Shown piece by piece: positions 37,925-47,242 of a stretch of 53,659 bases of DNA. Origin of the DNA: a virus (Duplodnaviria > Caudoviricetes); the IMG/VR virus record IMGVR_UViG_3300005259_000078, positions 1-53,659 of that record; one strand, 5' to 3'. The number at the start of each line of letters is the position of its first letter. The first letter of the stretch is position 1. The notes beneath the pieces are model-generated. The model searched no databases. It had not been told where the DNA came from and saw nothing but the letters and a program-made list of their open reading frames with translations. A program made the position numbers and the translations under genes.

Positions 37925-37927
37925 AAA

Positions 37928-37947
37928 GTATGTAAAAAAGTATGTAA
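37928..37947 (+). promoter_or_regulatory. putative integrase arm-type sites (GTATGTAA x2)
   Basis: Same motif and 12-bp period as 2012-2043. Confidence 0.7.
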
Positions 37948-37969
37948 CAATGATTAATTGTGCTTGAAA

Positions 37970-38003
37970 TGTGGGTTCGAATCCCACCTTCGGCACCATT
38001 TTT
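37970..38003 (+). repeat. attR core
   Basis: Exact copy of 1934-1967. Confidence 0.95.
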
Positions 38004-38061
38004 TTCTCCCCTCAAATCTACCCTCAAGAATGGTTCATTTTAGTGCCGAAGAACGGTCGTG

Positions 38062-38084
38062 TGTGACCTTTTTGTGACCTTTTT
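38062..38084 (+). promoter_or_regulatory. putative arm sites of the second integrase
   Basis: TGTGACCTTTT tandem (38062, 38073) between the att core and the integrase start. Confidence 0.6.
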
Positions 38085-38099
38085 TCGGAGAATGTCCCA

Positions 38100-40052
38100 A
38101 TGCCGGGAAAAAGCTATCTTTGCCGCCGGGGTCAATGGTATCATTTTCGTCTGCATGTACCGAAACACTTAATCGGACAATGGAACGATACCAGTCTTCG
38201 TGTTTCATTACAGACTCAGTCCTTGCAGACCGCCTTATATGTTGCTAAATTACTCTATCCATACGCCTGTAACCTAATCCGTCACGTCAAGGGGGTAAAA
38301 GTGGACCGCGCGTATATCATGGAGTTAATCAAAACCAGAATACAGGAAATTCTTGCTGTCCACGATGAAGGCGTGGTTGAAAACGCTCGTACTTCCCCGC
38401 GCAGCAATCCCGGCGAACTGCTGTGGACATACGACCAGACGATAACGCACTTGCAACAATGCCTCGCCGTCAACGATACCAAGACCCTTGCTACATATTT
38501 TGCTCCGCAGATGGAGATTGTCAGCGAAGATGAGAATGATGCTCCCCAAATCAAAGGCATTGACGTACCGCCGACCGACGATAATTATCTTTGGGCGATA
38601 CGAACCTATGCAAAGGGCATGATAGAAGCCTTTAAAATCAGCAAACAGAGACTTCAGGGCAACTATGATAACGGCTATGATTCACCGATTCTGCCCCGCA
38701 TGACGGAGGGCTTTAACGCTCAGGGTATGGCCGAGGCCGTAGTGCAGAAAATCTCAATCGACGATACAGTCGATTCCATGGTACAGCCGAAGACCGTCTT
38801 TAAAGAGGCCCACGCTGAAGCGTTTGTTCCCGGCATGAATATTGAAACCCTGAGAACGGTGATTGTCGAAATGGTAGCACCGTTACTGCCGCCCAAGCCT
38901 GAGCCTCTTCCCCCCGCGCCGCTGAAACCGCTTATCGACAAGCTTTGCGATGAACAGTTGAATGCTCATCGTTGGACCGAACACTATATTCAGGAAGCCC
39001 AAGCGTACCTTGGTGTAATGGTGGAGTATTTCGGACCGGATACCGATGTCAGAACGATTACTCGAGACCAGATGCTGGAACTTCGGGATAAAGTATTGAA
39101 ATGCCTTCCCAAAAACCGCAATATACGGCCTGACCTGAAAAATTTGACGTTGAGACAACAACTTGAAGTCCCCGGCACGGAAAAAATCGGTATCGTTTTA
39201 GTCAATAAATATCTGGACCTATTCGGACGATTTTTCCGCTGGTGCCTGGATAACAAAACCATTACCGATGCCCCGTCACGCAATCTGATGCTCAAGAACC
39301 CGGAGGCCGCCCAAGACCAACGCAAGCCGTTTACGAAAGCCGAGCTTATCAAAATCATCACGCGCTTGAACCCGAACCGTTATCCCCCGGATACGTACTT
39401 TGGAACTCTTGAGCGTGAACGATTTTGGATTATTTTGCTGGCGATATTCCAAGGAATGCGGGAAAACGAGATTTGTCAGTTGTTCATAAAAGATATTGTC
39501 CAAGTTGACGGAGTCCCTTGTATCAATATCACCGCCGATAACACAACGGCTCAACGTACCAAGAATGCGCCGTCTCGTCGTGTAATTCCGATTCATCCGG
39601 CATTGTTGAAATTAGGTTTGCTGGAGTTTGCGAATCGAAATCGGTGTTTTTGTAATGAAGACCAACCGAGTGATAACCGCAATCAGCTATTCAGGACCAT
39701 GGTTTATACCCCCAGACGTGGATATGTCAGAACGCTTCAGGTCTTCTTTTCCAAGTTCAAACGTGAACATATCACCGACGACCGGAAGAAAACGTTCCAC
39801 AGCTTTCGTCATAATTTTGATACCGCCATGATGAATTTAGGAGTAACGCAGTTTATTGTCGAATGCCTTGACGGACACAAGCGTCAGGGAGAAACTGCCG
39901 GACGTTATGCCAAGCCGCAAGTAGGAGCCATGTTGAACGCCCTTTCTAAATTGGACCATGGGTTCAATATTTTTGAAATCTTGGGAGCCACTCCGCTTTC
40001 GGATGAGGAAATCAACCGGCAGAAAGAACAGTTGCCGGTCTTCGAAAACTAG
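38100..40052 (+). CDS. large tyrosine integrase (DUF6538-like N-terminus)
   Basis: YL.RR..WYHFRL.VP, GMRENEICQL, KN..S.R.IPIH, FHSFRH, GH, RY. Confidence 0.92.
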   Translation: MPGKSYLCRRGQWYHFRLHVPKHLIGQWNDTSLRVSLQTQSLQTALYVAKLLYPYACNLIRHVKGVKVDRAYIMELIKTRIQEILAVHDEGVVENARTSPRSNPGELLWTYDQTITHLQQCLAVNDTKTLATYFAPQMEIVSEDENDAPQIKGIDVPPTDDNYLWAIRTYAKGMIEAFKISKQRLQGNYDNGYDSPILPRMTEGFNAQGMAEAVVQKISIDDTVDSMVQPKTVFKEAHAEAFVPGMNIETLRTVIVEMVAPLLPPKPEPLPPAPLKPLIDKLCDEQLNAHRWTEHYIQEAQAYLGVMVEYFGPDTDVRTITRDQMLELRDKVLKCLPKNRNIRPDLKNLTLRQQLEVPGTEKIGIVLVNKYLDLFGRFFRWCLDNKTITDAPSRNLMLKNPEAAQDQRKPFTKAELIKIITRLNPNRYPPDTYFGTLERERFWIILLAIFQGMRENEICQLFIKDIVQVDGVPCINITADNTTAQRTKNAPSRRVIPIHPALLKLGLLEFANRNRCFCNEDQPSDNRNQLFRTMVYTPRRGYVRTLQVFFSKFKREHITDDRKKTFHSFRHNFDTAMMNLGVTQFIVECLDGHKRQGETAGRYAKPQVGAMLNALSKLDHGFNIFEILGATPLSDEEINRQKEQLPVFEN

Positions 40053-40079
40053 CCCTTCTAAAACTGAACCTTTTTCAGG

Positions 40080-40113
40080 CCCCGTCAGGGTAAATCTGCC
40101 GGGGTATTTTTTT
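40080..40113 (+). terminator. putative intrinsic terminator
   Basis: CCCCG..CAG/CTG..CGGGG stem plus T7. Confidence 0.55.
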
Positions 40114-40227
40114 GCCTTTCTTTCTGCTCAAAACAGAGATTTTCATTATTTTTTGCCATAATTCTCAGAATTTTACCCCGGTCTTGGGATACTATATTTC
40201 AACACCTTAATTTTGGAGGTTGAAGAA

Positions 40228-40428
40228 ATGTCACAAGAGATGATGACGTTGAAAGAAGTTGCGGTGATGTTGAGAGTGAAACCCACGACCGTCAAGAACT
40301 GGATTAACTCCGGCATTATCCGCTGTCCGTATTACCGCGTCAACGACGGTAACAACTATCGTTTTAAAAGAGAGGATGTTGAGAAACTTCTCGTAAAAGC
40401 AGGAGGTGTCGAGACAATCTGTAAATAG
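40228..40428 (+). CDS. excisionase-like HTH_17 protein
   Basis: TLKEVAVML.V...TV.NWI..G.I...YRFKREDV; GGAGG RBS. Confidence 0.85.
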   Translation: MSQEMMTLKEVAVMLRVKPTTVKNWINSGIIRCPYYRVNDGNNYRFKREDVEKLLVKAGGVETICK

Positions 40429-40586
40429 CCCCCCCAAAAAAATGACCACAGTAATAACACTGATGGAGAAACGTATGAAAAAGGTAACGAGATTGAAAAA
40501 CAAACCCTGTAAAAAAAGGCCCGAGCGTGTTAAGCCATCCGATCAACTTACGTTGCTCGGATGTCCGCTCGGGAAAGGTGAACAAA

Positions 40587-41609
40587 ATGAACGAAGCCCA
40601 GAAAATCATCAAGCCGTATTACGACCTTAGCATCACCACTAACGACATCCGATTTCAGAAGATTTGTGATTCTTTGAACTCTGAGTTGTCAGAGGAAAAA
40701 CTCACCCGCCTGATTCAATATCTTCAGTCTGATAAAATAGACCCCAAGGCTGACGAATTGCGGACAAAGTTGGAGGCCTTACGAGAAGAAATCGAAAAGT
40801 GTCATCCGGTGGAAGTGACGCAAGTAGAAGCGGTGCCGGTCCCGGCTATCCCCGCGAAAAAAATCGAACCGTCCAATGTATCAAGCGAAAGCGGCAAGCT
40901 GATTACTTACCACGCCGGAACCCCGTTGGAAATTCATCCCGCCGCCGATTTATTTCCGATGCAAACCGCAACCGGGTTCGAATCCCTTTGTGAGAATATC
41001 AAAACCCAAGGACAGCGCGACCCAATAATAATTTGTCGGGGGAAAATCATTGATGGGCGAAATCGTTATAAGGCTTGTTTGGCTCTGAACATCGAAATAA
41101 AGGCGGTGGAAGAGGATATACCGGATGAGCAGATTATGGGCCGAGTTTATGCCTTGAACATTTTACGCAAACAACTAAGCTCCGGGCAGAGAGCCGTTAT
41201 CGCTTTGTCGGAACGGGAGCAACTGCAAGCGGAAGCAAGTGAAAGAATGCTCTCCGGCAAACCCTGTGGAAAAAATTCTACAGGGTCTAAGACTGATGAA
41301 ATTCTGGCCCGGAAATATATGACGAATGCCAAATATATTGCCATGGCCGCAGAGATTGCGAGTAATCCTGAACTATTAAAAAAAGTCTTTGACGGTGATA
41401 TGGATATTCGGGCTGCCTATCACAAGTTAAAACCCAGACCGAAGAAAAAAGAGATTCCTCAATCCACTCTGCCGCGTTATGTTCTGGAAAAGCTGGTTGA
41501 ATTTTTTTCCCCGGCGAAAAATTCCGAATTGCAGGAGTTGATTGCTCATACCTCCGGCGAACTCAAGAAGATGCTGAGCAAAAAGCTTGCGGAACTGGAG
41601 TCTCGATAA
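40587..41609 (+). CDS. ParB-like domain protein
   Basis: HPAADLFP, I...GQRDPI, IIDGRNRYKAC, NILRKQLSSGQRA. Confidence 0.8.
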   Translation: MNEAQKIIKPYYDLSITTNDIRFQKICDSLNSELSEEKLTRLIQYLQSDKIDPKADELRTKLEALREEIEKCHPVEVTQVEAVPVPAIPAKKIEPSNVSSESGKLITYHAGTPLEIHPAADLFPMQTATGFESLCENIKTQGQRDPIIICRGKIIDGRNRYKACLALNIEIKAVEEDIPDEQIMGRVYALNILRKQLSSGQRAVIALSEREQLQAEASERMLSGKPCGKNSTGSKTDEILARKYMTNAKYIAMAAEIASNPELLKKVFDGDMDIRAAYHKLKPRPKKKEIPQSTLPRYVLEKLVEFFSPAKNSELQELIAHTSGELKKMLSKKLAELESR

Positions 41610-43144
41610 TGATAACGATATTTCACCCCGACCAGTATGCCTATAGGCTGGAAGATTCCTTGCGTTTCGACAAGTTGCTGCCAACTCACTATCACGACAT
41701 CGAAGCCATCTGCGATGAGCTGTGGCCTTCTTTTACGGATATCAGGAAAGACCGGGCTAAGAAGAAAGAAGTTTTGGGCTATTTTCTGGCAAATTTGAAA
41801 GAGGGTCTGTTGCAGTTGAAGACCGTTGCTATTTCCCGCAATAAAAACGATTACGGAAAAGGCACCAGATATGCCCGACTTCATCTTTCCTACGCCAATG
41901 TCATCGGGATGTTGGACAGGATGATTGCCAAGGGGTTGGTTCATCAAGCAATCGGGTATTTTGACCGCAAGACGGGGAAAGCAAAATATTCCCGAATTTG
42001 GGCTTCAAAAGAGCTTCAGAACATTTTGCTCAAAGATATCCGGGGGAGGCACACTTTGTCCCGGCGCAAGATTAAGTCTCTTGTGGTATTGCGCAATCGA
42101 AAGAAGCAAACGCTGCTCTACCCCTCGACGGAATTCACTGCTGCTCTTTCCCAGAAACTGGCACAGTACAATCAGTTCATGGAGAAGTTCAAAATCTCTT
42201 ACGCTATTTCTTACCTACATCCAACGATTCAAAAGACCATTAGTCTTGTACGTCCTTATTTACCGGAAGAACTATCTCGTATACCACGTAATGAAGAAGA
42301 TTATGAAAGGTATGTGTATGAAGTAAGAGACTATCTTACTAAAGATAAAGATAAAAACGTAATACCATTAACAGTAACCAATACCAGTCAACAATATGAC
42401 ACCACCATATGTACACTAGCGGGGCACTTACTAAGGCGCATAGGATTATATGAACCAATATCGCCGGTAATGAAGGCCGTGTTTAATAGAGGCAGTTTCT
42501 TGCGGGGCGGTCGTCTTTACTCCGGCAGAAACGGGTGGCAACACTTAAATTCCCTTGACCGCATGAGCATTACTTTTGACGGGCAACCCACGGTGGAAGG
42601 AGATTTCAGTGCCTATCATATTACTATGCTGTATGGGATGGAAGGATTGGAATTACCGTTTAAGCCCTATGATGCGGTTGCCTTGGACTTTGGTAATATC
42701 ACGCTGAAACCGCTGGTAAAGAAAATGATGCTTGCCGCCATCAATACCCGGAGCGATGTACAGACTGTTGAGGTCATGAAAAAAGGACGGGCTAAACTGA
42801 AAAAGAAAAAAGAGATTAATGGTTGGCGTGATAAGTCGGACGACGACCTTTATGAACAATTAAACCAATCAGAAGAATTCTGGTGGGACATGCTTTACCG
42901 GATAAAAACGATTCACGCTCCCATCAGCAAATATCTTTGCTCCGATAAGGGTGGCTCTTTGATGAATCTGGACTCGAAAATTATGATGGATATATTGCTT
43001 CAGCACATTGATGCCGGGATTCCATGCCTTCCGGTTCATGACAGCCTTATTTTTCCAGCACAGACAAAAGACTGGTCCCAGTCCGTAATGGAAGCTACTT
43101 ATACCAAGCGAATGGGCAACAAATGCCAAATTTCATATGATTGA
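41609..43144 (+). CDS. compact family-A/T7-RNAP-like polymerase of unknown function
   Basis: RGGRLY, WQ, VEGDFSAYH (motif A), VKK (motif B-like), LPVHDS (motif C); TAATG overlap with upstream gene. Confidence 0.7.
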   Translation: MITIFHPDQYAYRLEDSLRFDKLLPTHYHDIEAICDELWPSFTDIRKDRAKKKEVLGYFLANLKEGLLQLKTVAISRNKNDYGKGTRYARLHLSYANVIGMLDRMIAKGLVHQAIGYFDRKTGKAKYSRIWASKELQNILLKDIRGRHTLSRRKIKSLVVLRNRKKQTLLYPSTEFTAALSQKLAQYNQFMEKFKISYAISYLHPTIQKTISLVRPYLPEELSRIPRNEEDYERYVYEVRDYLTKDKDKNVIPLTVTNTSQQYDTTICTLAGHLLRRIGLYEPISPVMKAVFNRGSFLRGGRLYSGRNGWQHLNSLDRMSITFDGQPTVEGDFSAYHITMLYGMEGLELPFKPYDAVALDFGNITLKPLVKKMMLAAINTRSDVQTVEVMKKGRAKLKKKKEINGWRDKSDDDLYEQLNQSEEFWWDMLYRIKTIHAPISKYLCSDKGGSLMNLDSKIMMDILLQHIDAGIPCLPVHDSLIFPAQTKDWSQSVMEATYTKRMGNKCQISYD

Positions 43145-43480
43145 ACCAAAGTGTGTGACTGGACCCGGTTTATCCGGTTTGCTCTCCGCTCAACTTCACA
43201 GACTTATTTTTAAAACAATCGTTCAGTTGTGAATAATGATTCAGGAATCATTCCTAAAAATTGCCATATATGAACAGCTGCGTTGATAAACGTTGACGAC
43301 GACGATAGAGCCATGACCGTCATGAGCAATAACGATAATCCTCATGTTCCCTTTGCCCGGAGAAGGCAAAAGAAAAAAGGTTATCTCAAAATTTCTACGA
43401 TACCCCGGCAATAAAGGTGATTACGTTCTTCTTCCCCCGGCCAAATACCGTGAATATCGCAGATATAAGTTTTTAAAGTT

Positions 43481-43544
43481 TTGAGCGGGGCAGTAAATGA
43501 GGAGAGACCAGTCTTGAGCGGGGAGAGTATCGCAGGAGAGACCA
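43481..43544 (+). repeat. tandem bipartite repeat
   Basis: TTGAGCGGGG-N9/10-AGGAGAGACCA at 43481 and 43514. Confidence 0.75.
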
Positions 43545-43564
43545 AACTTTCTTCCGACCGGGAT

Positions 43565-43593
43565 TTGCTTTTATCGCGAAAATGTTTTATACT
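43565..43593 (+). promoter_or_regulatory. sigma70-like promoter
   Basis: TTGCTT-N17-TATACT. Confidence 0.55.
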
Positions 43594-43684
43594 TTAGAAG
43601 CGAACAAATAAAGGGTTCATATATCGAATAAACCGACATTACAATCGTAAGTCATTTTTATAGTGGCTTTCTGCATTACCGTTT

Positions 43685-43832
43685 CTAGTCTAAAATCGCC
43701 AAATTTTCAGTCAGAAGAAACAGGGTGCCGAAAGTTACGTTCGTCTATGGGGGCTGTTGCTGTGGACGGGCGTATTTCTTTTGGGCGCATTCTTCATATC
43801 TTCTGACGGGCGTTTGGCGATGCCCAGACTAG
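43685..43832 (+). ncRNA. 148-nt rod-like hairpin (leader RNA or ssDNA structure)
   Basis: Six stacked helices, inner ones rich in G-U pairs on the + strand. Confidence 0.55.
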
Positions 43833-43922
43833 GTGTGATTGAGTGCGCCCTCTTTTTTTCGGCCTTCAATCCCGGTTTTGCTTTCAGCATAAATCAACCA
43901 AACAAAACGGGGAAGAAGAAGG

Positions 43923-44597
43923 ATGAAAAGGAAACGGAATTTTACGCTCATCGAGCTCCTGGTCGTGATAGCTATCATTGCGATTTTGGCAGGGATGCTG
44001 TTACCGGCGCTCAACAAAGCCCGAGCACAGGCTTACAAGATTTCCTGCCTGAGCAACATGAAACAAATCGGCTCGGGATTCGCGCAATATGTTGACGCGC
44101 ACAACGAATACTTTCCGGCGAAGAATACCACCGACGAAGACCCGAGCAACTGGCCTTACAAAATCGAGATGTCCGGGAACATTCTGCTGTGCGAAGCGAA
44201 CAAACCCTATCTGAAAAAACTGTTCGGCGTGGAATACATCTCGGCTACTACCGATTTAAAGACCCGCTATAATCTTACCACGGCGCAAGCGGTTAAATAT
44301 GGCACCGCCTATGCCGTCAACTTCTGGCTGGTGGAACATCCCAAGTACAATACTTTAAACGTCTTCTCCAGACTTCCATCGGTTAAAAAGATTCATTCAC
44401 AAGTACCGGTAATGGTCGATGGGTTAGACACCTGGACGGGGACGGACGGAGTTGGTTTGCCTCTGCCGGGCCACATTTCGGACTGCCATCCGAATAAGCG
44501 TAACAACGTACTTTACTTGGACAGTCACGCTGACGATATGGATAAACGTCAAGCCGAGCAACTGGCGCTTTTCGGCAATCCGTTCATAAAGAGCTAA
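43923..44597 (+). CDS. prepilin-type N-terminal cleavage/methylation protein with H-X9-DG-like motif
   Basis: [37 protein letters not shown]...NVLYLDSH. Confidence 0.9.
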   Translation: MKRKRNFTLIELLVVIAIIAILAGMLLPALNKARAQAYKISCLSNMKQIGSGFAQYVDAHNEYFPAKNTTDEDPSNWPYKIEMSGNILLCEANKPYLKKLFGVEYISATTDLKTRYNLTTAQAVKYGTAYAVNFWLVEHPKYNTLNVFSRLPSVKKIHSQVPVMVDGLDTWTGTDGVGLPLPGHISDCHPNKRNNVLYLDSHADDMDKRQAEQLALFGNPFIKS

Positions 44598-44619
44598 TCA
44601 TAAAAAAGGAGTTTATAAA

Positions 44620-44991
44620 ATGCGATTGATTCAATTGATGACGGTAGTTTTTCTGGCGATGCTTCTCAGCGGTTGTGGTGGTCCGAGCAACAGTCAGATT
44701 AAAGAAGCCGTTGCCGACTATACCGTTTTTTCCGGGGAATTCGTACACTATATCAAAACTCTCGAAGACAATTACCGAAATGTGAAAGTAGACCACTACA
44801 ATGTCGAGGATAAAATAACTGACGGGAAATATGTATTCATCAAATGCAAAATCGTTTGCAAGGTTATTTGTTCCGACGGAAGAGTTGACTATACCTATTG
44901 GCCCAAAACCTTCAGGTTTTTCAGGAGTGACGAGGGGAAGTGGTATTTGCAGGAAAGAGAGCTGCAAGGTCTATCTTCCCAGAGTATGTAA
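44620..44991 (+). CDS. putative lipoprotein
   Basis: LLSG-C lipobox; AAGGAG RBS. Confidence 0.75.
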   Translation: MRLIQLMTVVFLAMLLSGCGGPSNSQIKEAVADYTVFSGEFVHYIKTLEDNYRNVKVDHYNVEDKITDGKYVFIKCKIVCKVICSDGRVDYTYWPKTFRFFRSDEGKWYLQERELQGLSSQSM

Positions 44992-45111
44992 ACAATGACA
45001 TAAAATAATGTCCGACTAACTTACGAAAGGACTGTTCCCCCCGGCTGTCGGAGTCTACCTTCCCCCGGACTCCGGCAGCCACTTTTTTTGCCCTCATGCG
45101 TAAATTTGAAT

Positions 45112-45188
45112 AAGGGTTCAACTTTTTCTCCGATAGGTCCCCCATATTTTTTATCCTGCCTCTTCCGGTGAAAAGGGTTCAACTTTTT
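45112..45188 (+). repeat. 16-bp direct repeat AAGGGTTCAACTTTTT
   Basis: Copies at 45112 and 45173, downstream of hairpin GGCTGTCGGAGTC/GACTCCGGCAGCC. Confidence 0.7.
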
Positions 45189-45324
45189 TCAAAGTCGGCC
45201 TCAATATAGCGCCGACCACCTACCACCCTTTTATTTTGAGCGTGATGCGCCAAGGATAGAAGCCGCCCCCCTCATTTCACTTTGCTCCTTTTTGCATGGT
45301 AACCAACAATTTAAGGAGCTTACC

Positions 45325-46059
45325 ATGAATCAGACAGAGCAGATTTTAATCGGAATGTTACAGGAAAACACGGGTACGCATATGTTGGACAGCGGCGGGG
45401 ATTTGAATCGGCACTGGCAACGCAATCAAGTTCGAACTTTCATCAACGAACCGGCTTCACTTCTCAAGTTTTCATTACGTCGTAACGGACCGGAAATTGA
45501 GTATACGCGGAATGTGTTTCACTACTTGCGGGACCGGCTGGAATTCAACCCGGAACTCGATAAAGAATTCCAGCAGTTTTATAAAGACAACGATTATTAT
45601 CCGCTTGAAGCGATGGAAGAATTTTGCGGTCAAAACGAATACGACCATCAGACCGTTAACACTTATAACGGGGAATGCAACTTAAGCCAGACTTTGCAGT
45701 TTACGACCTTCGGTCATGGGTCCGATTTGTATGAACATGATTATGTCTTGCTTCAGATTCACAACGGTTGCGACGTTCGGGGCGGTTATACCATGCCTAA
45801 AGTCTTCACACGTAAAACCGAATGCGCTTTATATGACGTTGCCGACGGGGAAATATCATGCCCCCATTGCCGGACCTATTGGAGTACCGACGATAGCTAT
45901 CATTGGTATAGGGAAGGCTCTTGCGGTTGCGGGGCCGGTACTCAATTGGAAAACTATGACGCAATCGAAGGTGAAGCCGGGGTAATCGGCCAGCTCGTGA
46001 TTAACGATAAAAATCAAGCCTTCTGCCCGGTCTGCGGTCAGGGCATATTGGGGGAATAA
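45325..46059 (+). CDS. phage-like hypothetical protein with Cys pairs
   Basis: ENTG.HMLDSGG..R.WQRN, LQIHNG.DVRGGYT; CPHC and CPVC; AAGGAG RBS. Confidence 0.7.
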   Translation: MNQTEQILIGMLQENTGTHMLDSGGDLNRHWQRNQVRTFINEPASLLKFSLRRNGPEIEYTRNVFHYLRDRLEFNPELDKEFQQFYKDNDYYPLEAMEEFCGQNEYDHQTVNTYNGECNLSQTLQFTTFGHGSDLYEHDYVLLQIHNGCDVRGGYTMPKVFTRKTECALYDVADGEISCPHCRTYWSTDDSYHWYREGSCGCGAGTQLENYDAIEGEAGVIGQLVINDKNQAFCPVCGQGILGE

Positions 46060-46060
46060 A

Positions 46061-46297
46061 ATGATATATCAAGGGAAACGCCTTAAGGGGATAAGACTTT
46101 TCAAAGAAAAAGAATGCGGGGATTATCTGTTAATCCTCAATCATACCGATTGCATCGGGACGGCCATTGCCGGGAATATCTCAAGTCTTTGTTTATCAAC
46201 TTATCAGCATGGCTATTTAAACGGCAGTTGTTACCCGGTCACGTGGAAAAAACTGCCCTCAAACTGGCAAAATGCTTTTCGTAAATATCTTGCTTAA
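46061..46297 (+). CDS. hypothetical protein
   Basis: Directly follows the previous stop. Confidence 0.55.
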   Translation: MIYQGKRLKGIRLFKEKECGDYLLILNHTDCIGTAIAGNISSLCLSTYQHGYLNGSCYPVTWKKLPSNWQNAFRKYLA

Positions 46298-46339
46298 ACC
46301 ATTGCCCCCTGCGGGGGGCTTTACTTCCGAGGTGAAACT

Positions 46340-46495
46340 ATGACTATCCGCATGAACGATAACGAGCGCAAACTATGGGTTATGAACGACGAGGGGCTTT
46401 ATCACTGGTGGAGAAGTTCCCATAAGAGCATAACCGCTTTTGTCCGGGAAAACCGCGAAGAATTGGACCGCATCATTTTAGCAAAACTGAACTAA
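46340..46495 (+). CDS. 51-aa hypothetical protein (not in ORF track)
   Basis: MTIRMNDNERKLWVMNDEGLYHWWRSSHKSITAFVRENREELDRIILAKLN; GAGGTG RBS. Confidence 0.7.
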   Translation: MTIRMNDNERKLWVMNDEGLYHWWRSSHKSITAFVRENREELDRIILAKLN

Positions 46496-46506
46496 CGAGG
46501 CCTATC

Positions 46507-47091
46507 ATGCGTATCAAGAACATTCGTGTCTATAATTTTGAAGAACTCAATCCCGAAGCCCGGAGCCGGGTTTTAAAGGACTATGCCGATATCAATACCG
46601 ACTTCAATTGGTATGAGGCCGAACTCGAATACTGGAAAGAAAAATTATCCGAGTACGGTTTTCGTTACCCCGAGATTTATTTTTCCGGCTTCTGGTCCCA
46701 GGGGGACGGGGCATGTTTTGAATTCTCGGGGCTGGATATCGATAAAATCTGGCCCCATTATGTCCAGTCCGGCCAGATAAAACACGAGGAGTCTGTAAAA
46801 ACCTATTTGCGGGAATATCACCACTTCAAAACCCGGACTTTAAATTCCCGTTACAGTCACGAGCGAACCCGTGAACTCGATTACGAATCCTATACCCGCC
46901 ATGATTACCCGCATTTAAATCGGGAATTCAAACGCTTTGAAGACTGGCTGGAAGGTTTTCGGATTGACCTTTGCCATGAAATTTACCGAAGTCTTGAGTC
47001 TGAATATGAAGCATTGACGGAAGACGAAGCCATTATCGAGACAATCAAAGCCAACGAATACGAATTCACCGAAGACGGTTTAATCGCATGA
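46507..47091 (+). CDS. acidic protein typical of phage/plasmid early regions
   Basis: VY.F.EL...AR, IYFSGFWSQGDGACF, EYE.LT.DEAI...I.ANEYEFTEDG. Confidence 0.75.
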   Translation: MRIKNIRVYNFEELNPEARSRVLKDYADINTDFNWYEAELEYWKEKLSEYGFRYPEIYFSGFWSQGDGACFEFSGLDIDKIWPHYVQSGQIKHEESVKTYLREYHHFKTRTLNSRYSHERTRELDYESYTRHDYPHLNREFKRFEDWLEGFRIDLCHEIYRSLESEYEALTEDEAIIETIKANEYEFTEDGLIA

Positions 47092-47242
47092 AGCAGTTTG
47101 CATCGTGCCCCCGGCACGATCAAACTGCGTTTGATTCGTGTCCGGGCCAGCCGTTCAGAAAAACGACCGTAAAACTGAACGGGTAAAAAACGGCTTTTTC
47201 ACGCTCACGAAAAATCACCCCTTTTTCTAAACGGAGATTCCT

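Noticed and set aside
37970-38051. Second tRNA gene
   Set aside because: Only the 3' att fragment is present; the nearby AGTGCCGAAG (38042-38051) is too short to interpret
43724-43732. GGTGCCGAA as right att of the second island
   Set aside because: Only 9 bp, inverted relative to the core, and part of the hairpin
43757-44095. 112-aa ORF
   Set aside because: Crosses the hairpin and overlaps the pilin-like gene out of frame
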